Shown here piece after piece: positions 37,350 through 38,611 of a stretch of DNA of 38,611 nucleotides. The stretch comes from Desulfobacterales bacterium (lineage in GTDB: Bacteria > Desulfobacterota > Desulfobacteria > Desulfobacterales > UBA5616), in NCBI GenBank assembly GCA_046483495.1, contig JAWODC010000093.1, forward strand, positions 1-38,611, written 5' to 3'. Position 1 is the stretch's first letter. Every line of letters starts with the position of its first letter. The notes under the pieces are model-generated. The model was not told the origin of the DNA and made no database searches. It saw only the letters and a list, made by a program, of their open reading frames with translations. Made by a program: the position numbers and the translations under genes.

Positions 37350-38270
37350 TTGAAAGGCCCCGGTCCAATAGATAAACTGTGCATCATTTTCGATCAGCGC
37401 GCCGAAAATGACGATCGTTTAAATCAAGGCATTCAAAAAATCCGGGATATCGGATTCATGCTTTCCGAAAAACGAATCGAAAGCCCTCCCGATGCCGCCC
37501 GGTTCGCCGCAGAAGCCGTTCGCCAAAAATTCGACCTCGTGCTTGCCGTCGGCGGAGACGGAATGCTGAACCTGGTGGTCAACGGAATGTTGAAGGACAA
37601 AAGCGGCTCCGAATGCGCAGTCGGATTGGTGCCCTTCGGCACCGGAAACGACTTCGCCCGGGCAAGCGGCATACCGCTGGAAAACGCCCTGGATGCCGTC
37701 GCTATGGCCATCGATTCCACCCCGGTGCTAATCGATGTCGGGCAGGTGAATGACACCTATTTCGTAAATGTGGTGACCGGCGGATTCCCCGCAATGGCAG
37801 CCGCTGAAACATCCGGTTCGGCGAAAGAACTTCTCGGCGGATTTGCTTATTTCTTGACGGGGCTTACGAAAATCGGCAGCCTGGTCGCCCATCCCGGACG
37901 TTTCACAGGCCCCGGTTTCGAATGGAAAGGGAAGATGTATGCTTGCGCTCTGGGCAATGGGAGAAGAGCGGGCGGCGGATTTTCCGTTTCACCCCGAGCG
38001 GTGATCACGGACGGTCTGCTCGATCTGATGATCATGCCCGAATCCGACAAAGGGCTGCTCTCTCTGGTTTCGGATTACTATCATATGAGCCGGTCTGAAA
38101 ACCCCGGCGATATCCAGTATGCACAACTCCCGTGGCTGGACCTGTCGACCCGTGAACCCATCCATCTGACAGCAGAATCACCACCAGAAGTGGGACAACG
38201 GACAGCAGCGTGTTATAGGCCACACCGCCGGCAAGCAGTATCCCCTTATTCTGAAAAAAATGACGGATGA
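37350..38270 (+). pseudogene. YegS/diacylglycerol-kinase-family lipid kinase, 3'-truncated at ~38168
   Basis: GGDG.LN.VVNG, P.GTGNDFAR, IDVG.VN..YF.N, GNGR.AGGG, DGLLD; the expected N/LDGE motif and final strands are absent after EPIHL, the rest is antisense yihY. Confidence 0.75.
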
Positions 38271-38313
38271 CGCGAAGAACAAAAATTCGGATTTTTGAAA
38301 TTCCTGGCAGCAT
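38167..38313 (-). pseudogene. YihY/BrkB (virulence factor family) inner-membrane protein, N-terminal fragment only
   Basis: AAAGGA RBS, ATG 38313; F..N.G.LLAGGVAYNTLLS.VPL signature of YihY N-terminus; after ILLS the frame continues in antisense yegS to a stop at 38032. Confidence 0.75.
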
Positions 38314-38359
38314 GCGATCCTTTCTGCACGTAATCATCAGCCCCTGAATCCGCAGCCCC

Positions 38360-38387
38360 CCTTTTCCGGCGGATTCTCCGGAAAAGG
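38360..38387. other. Perfect 10-bp inverted repeat upstream of the yihY fragment
   Basis: ccttttccgg-cggattct-ccggaaaagg. Confidence 0.5.
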
Positions 38388-38611
38388 TCGTTGTCCATTG
38401 ACATCTGTATACCGATTTGAAAGTGAATTGTCTTTTGTTTTTTGAAAAAATAGGAAAATCACGGAAATCGGCGCTGCAATTCCGACCAGTTCATTGTTAC
38501 CGGCCCGCCGGCCACATGATCCACTCCCGTTCATTACCATGGTGCCGGGTGACAAGTCCATAAAATCATATGCGCAATTCATCCCGAAAGGGATAGCCTC
38601 ACCGGCGCAGC

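Noticed and set aside
38337..38582. 81-aa minus-strand ORF at window end
   Set aside because: No motif, no clear RBS, contains a strong hairpin; likely non-coding.
1..38611. tRNA/rRNA, transposase, integrase, ligD, known riboswitch
   Set aside because: None recognised by eye; a tRNAscan/Infernal/HMM run would be needed to exclude them formally.

Overview
Bacterial chromosomal segment, probably Desulfobacterota/deltaproteobacterial (inferred from gene content: sigma54 NtrC-type regulator, cytidylate-kinase-like/BON proteins, SLC13-TrkA_C permease). It reads as a general-stress/dormancy island: FtsH, DUF362, two ferritin-like PA2169/DUF2383 proteins, HPF/RaiA-cold-shock fusion, pncB, a trehalose/maltose-type ABC importer, a DUF2267-3xBON fusion, eukaryote-type UDP-glucose pyrophosphorylase, acyP-pgk-apgM, transaldolase, a baeRF-type release-factor homologue, two paralogous outer-membrane barrels, a PRC-barrel protein, and a lipoprotein-Zn-finger-Ku-Ku-YegS operon. 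In the middle is a self-contained sigma54 module (regulator, three enhancer-like palindromes, -24/-12 promoter, USP, structured RNA leader, SLC13 permease, two degenerate kinase-BON paralogues, stand-alone REC, histidine kinase). Most notable: the tandem Ku pair (possible heterodimer, one with an HEH/Rho-N tail) with an 8-Cys zinc finger and no LigD in the window; the anti-SD hairpin leader before the SLC13 permease; and two abrupt junctions (~537 and ~38168) that fuse truncated convergent genes and may be deletions or assembly chimeras. Family assignments are by eye from motifs; no database searches were run.
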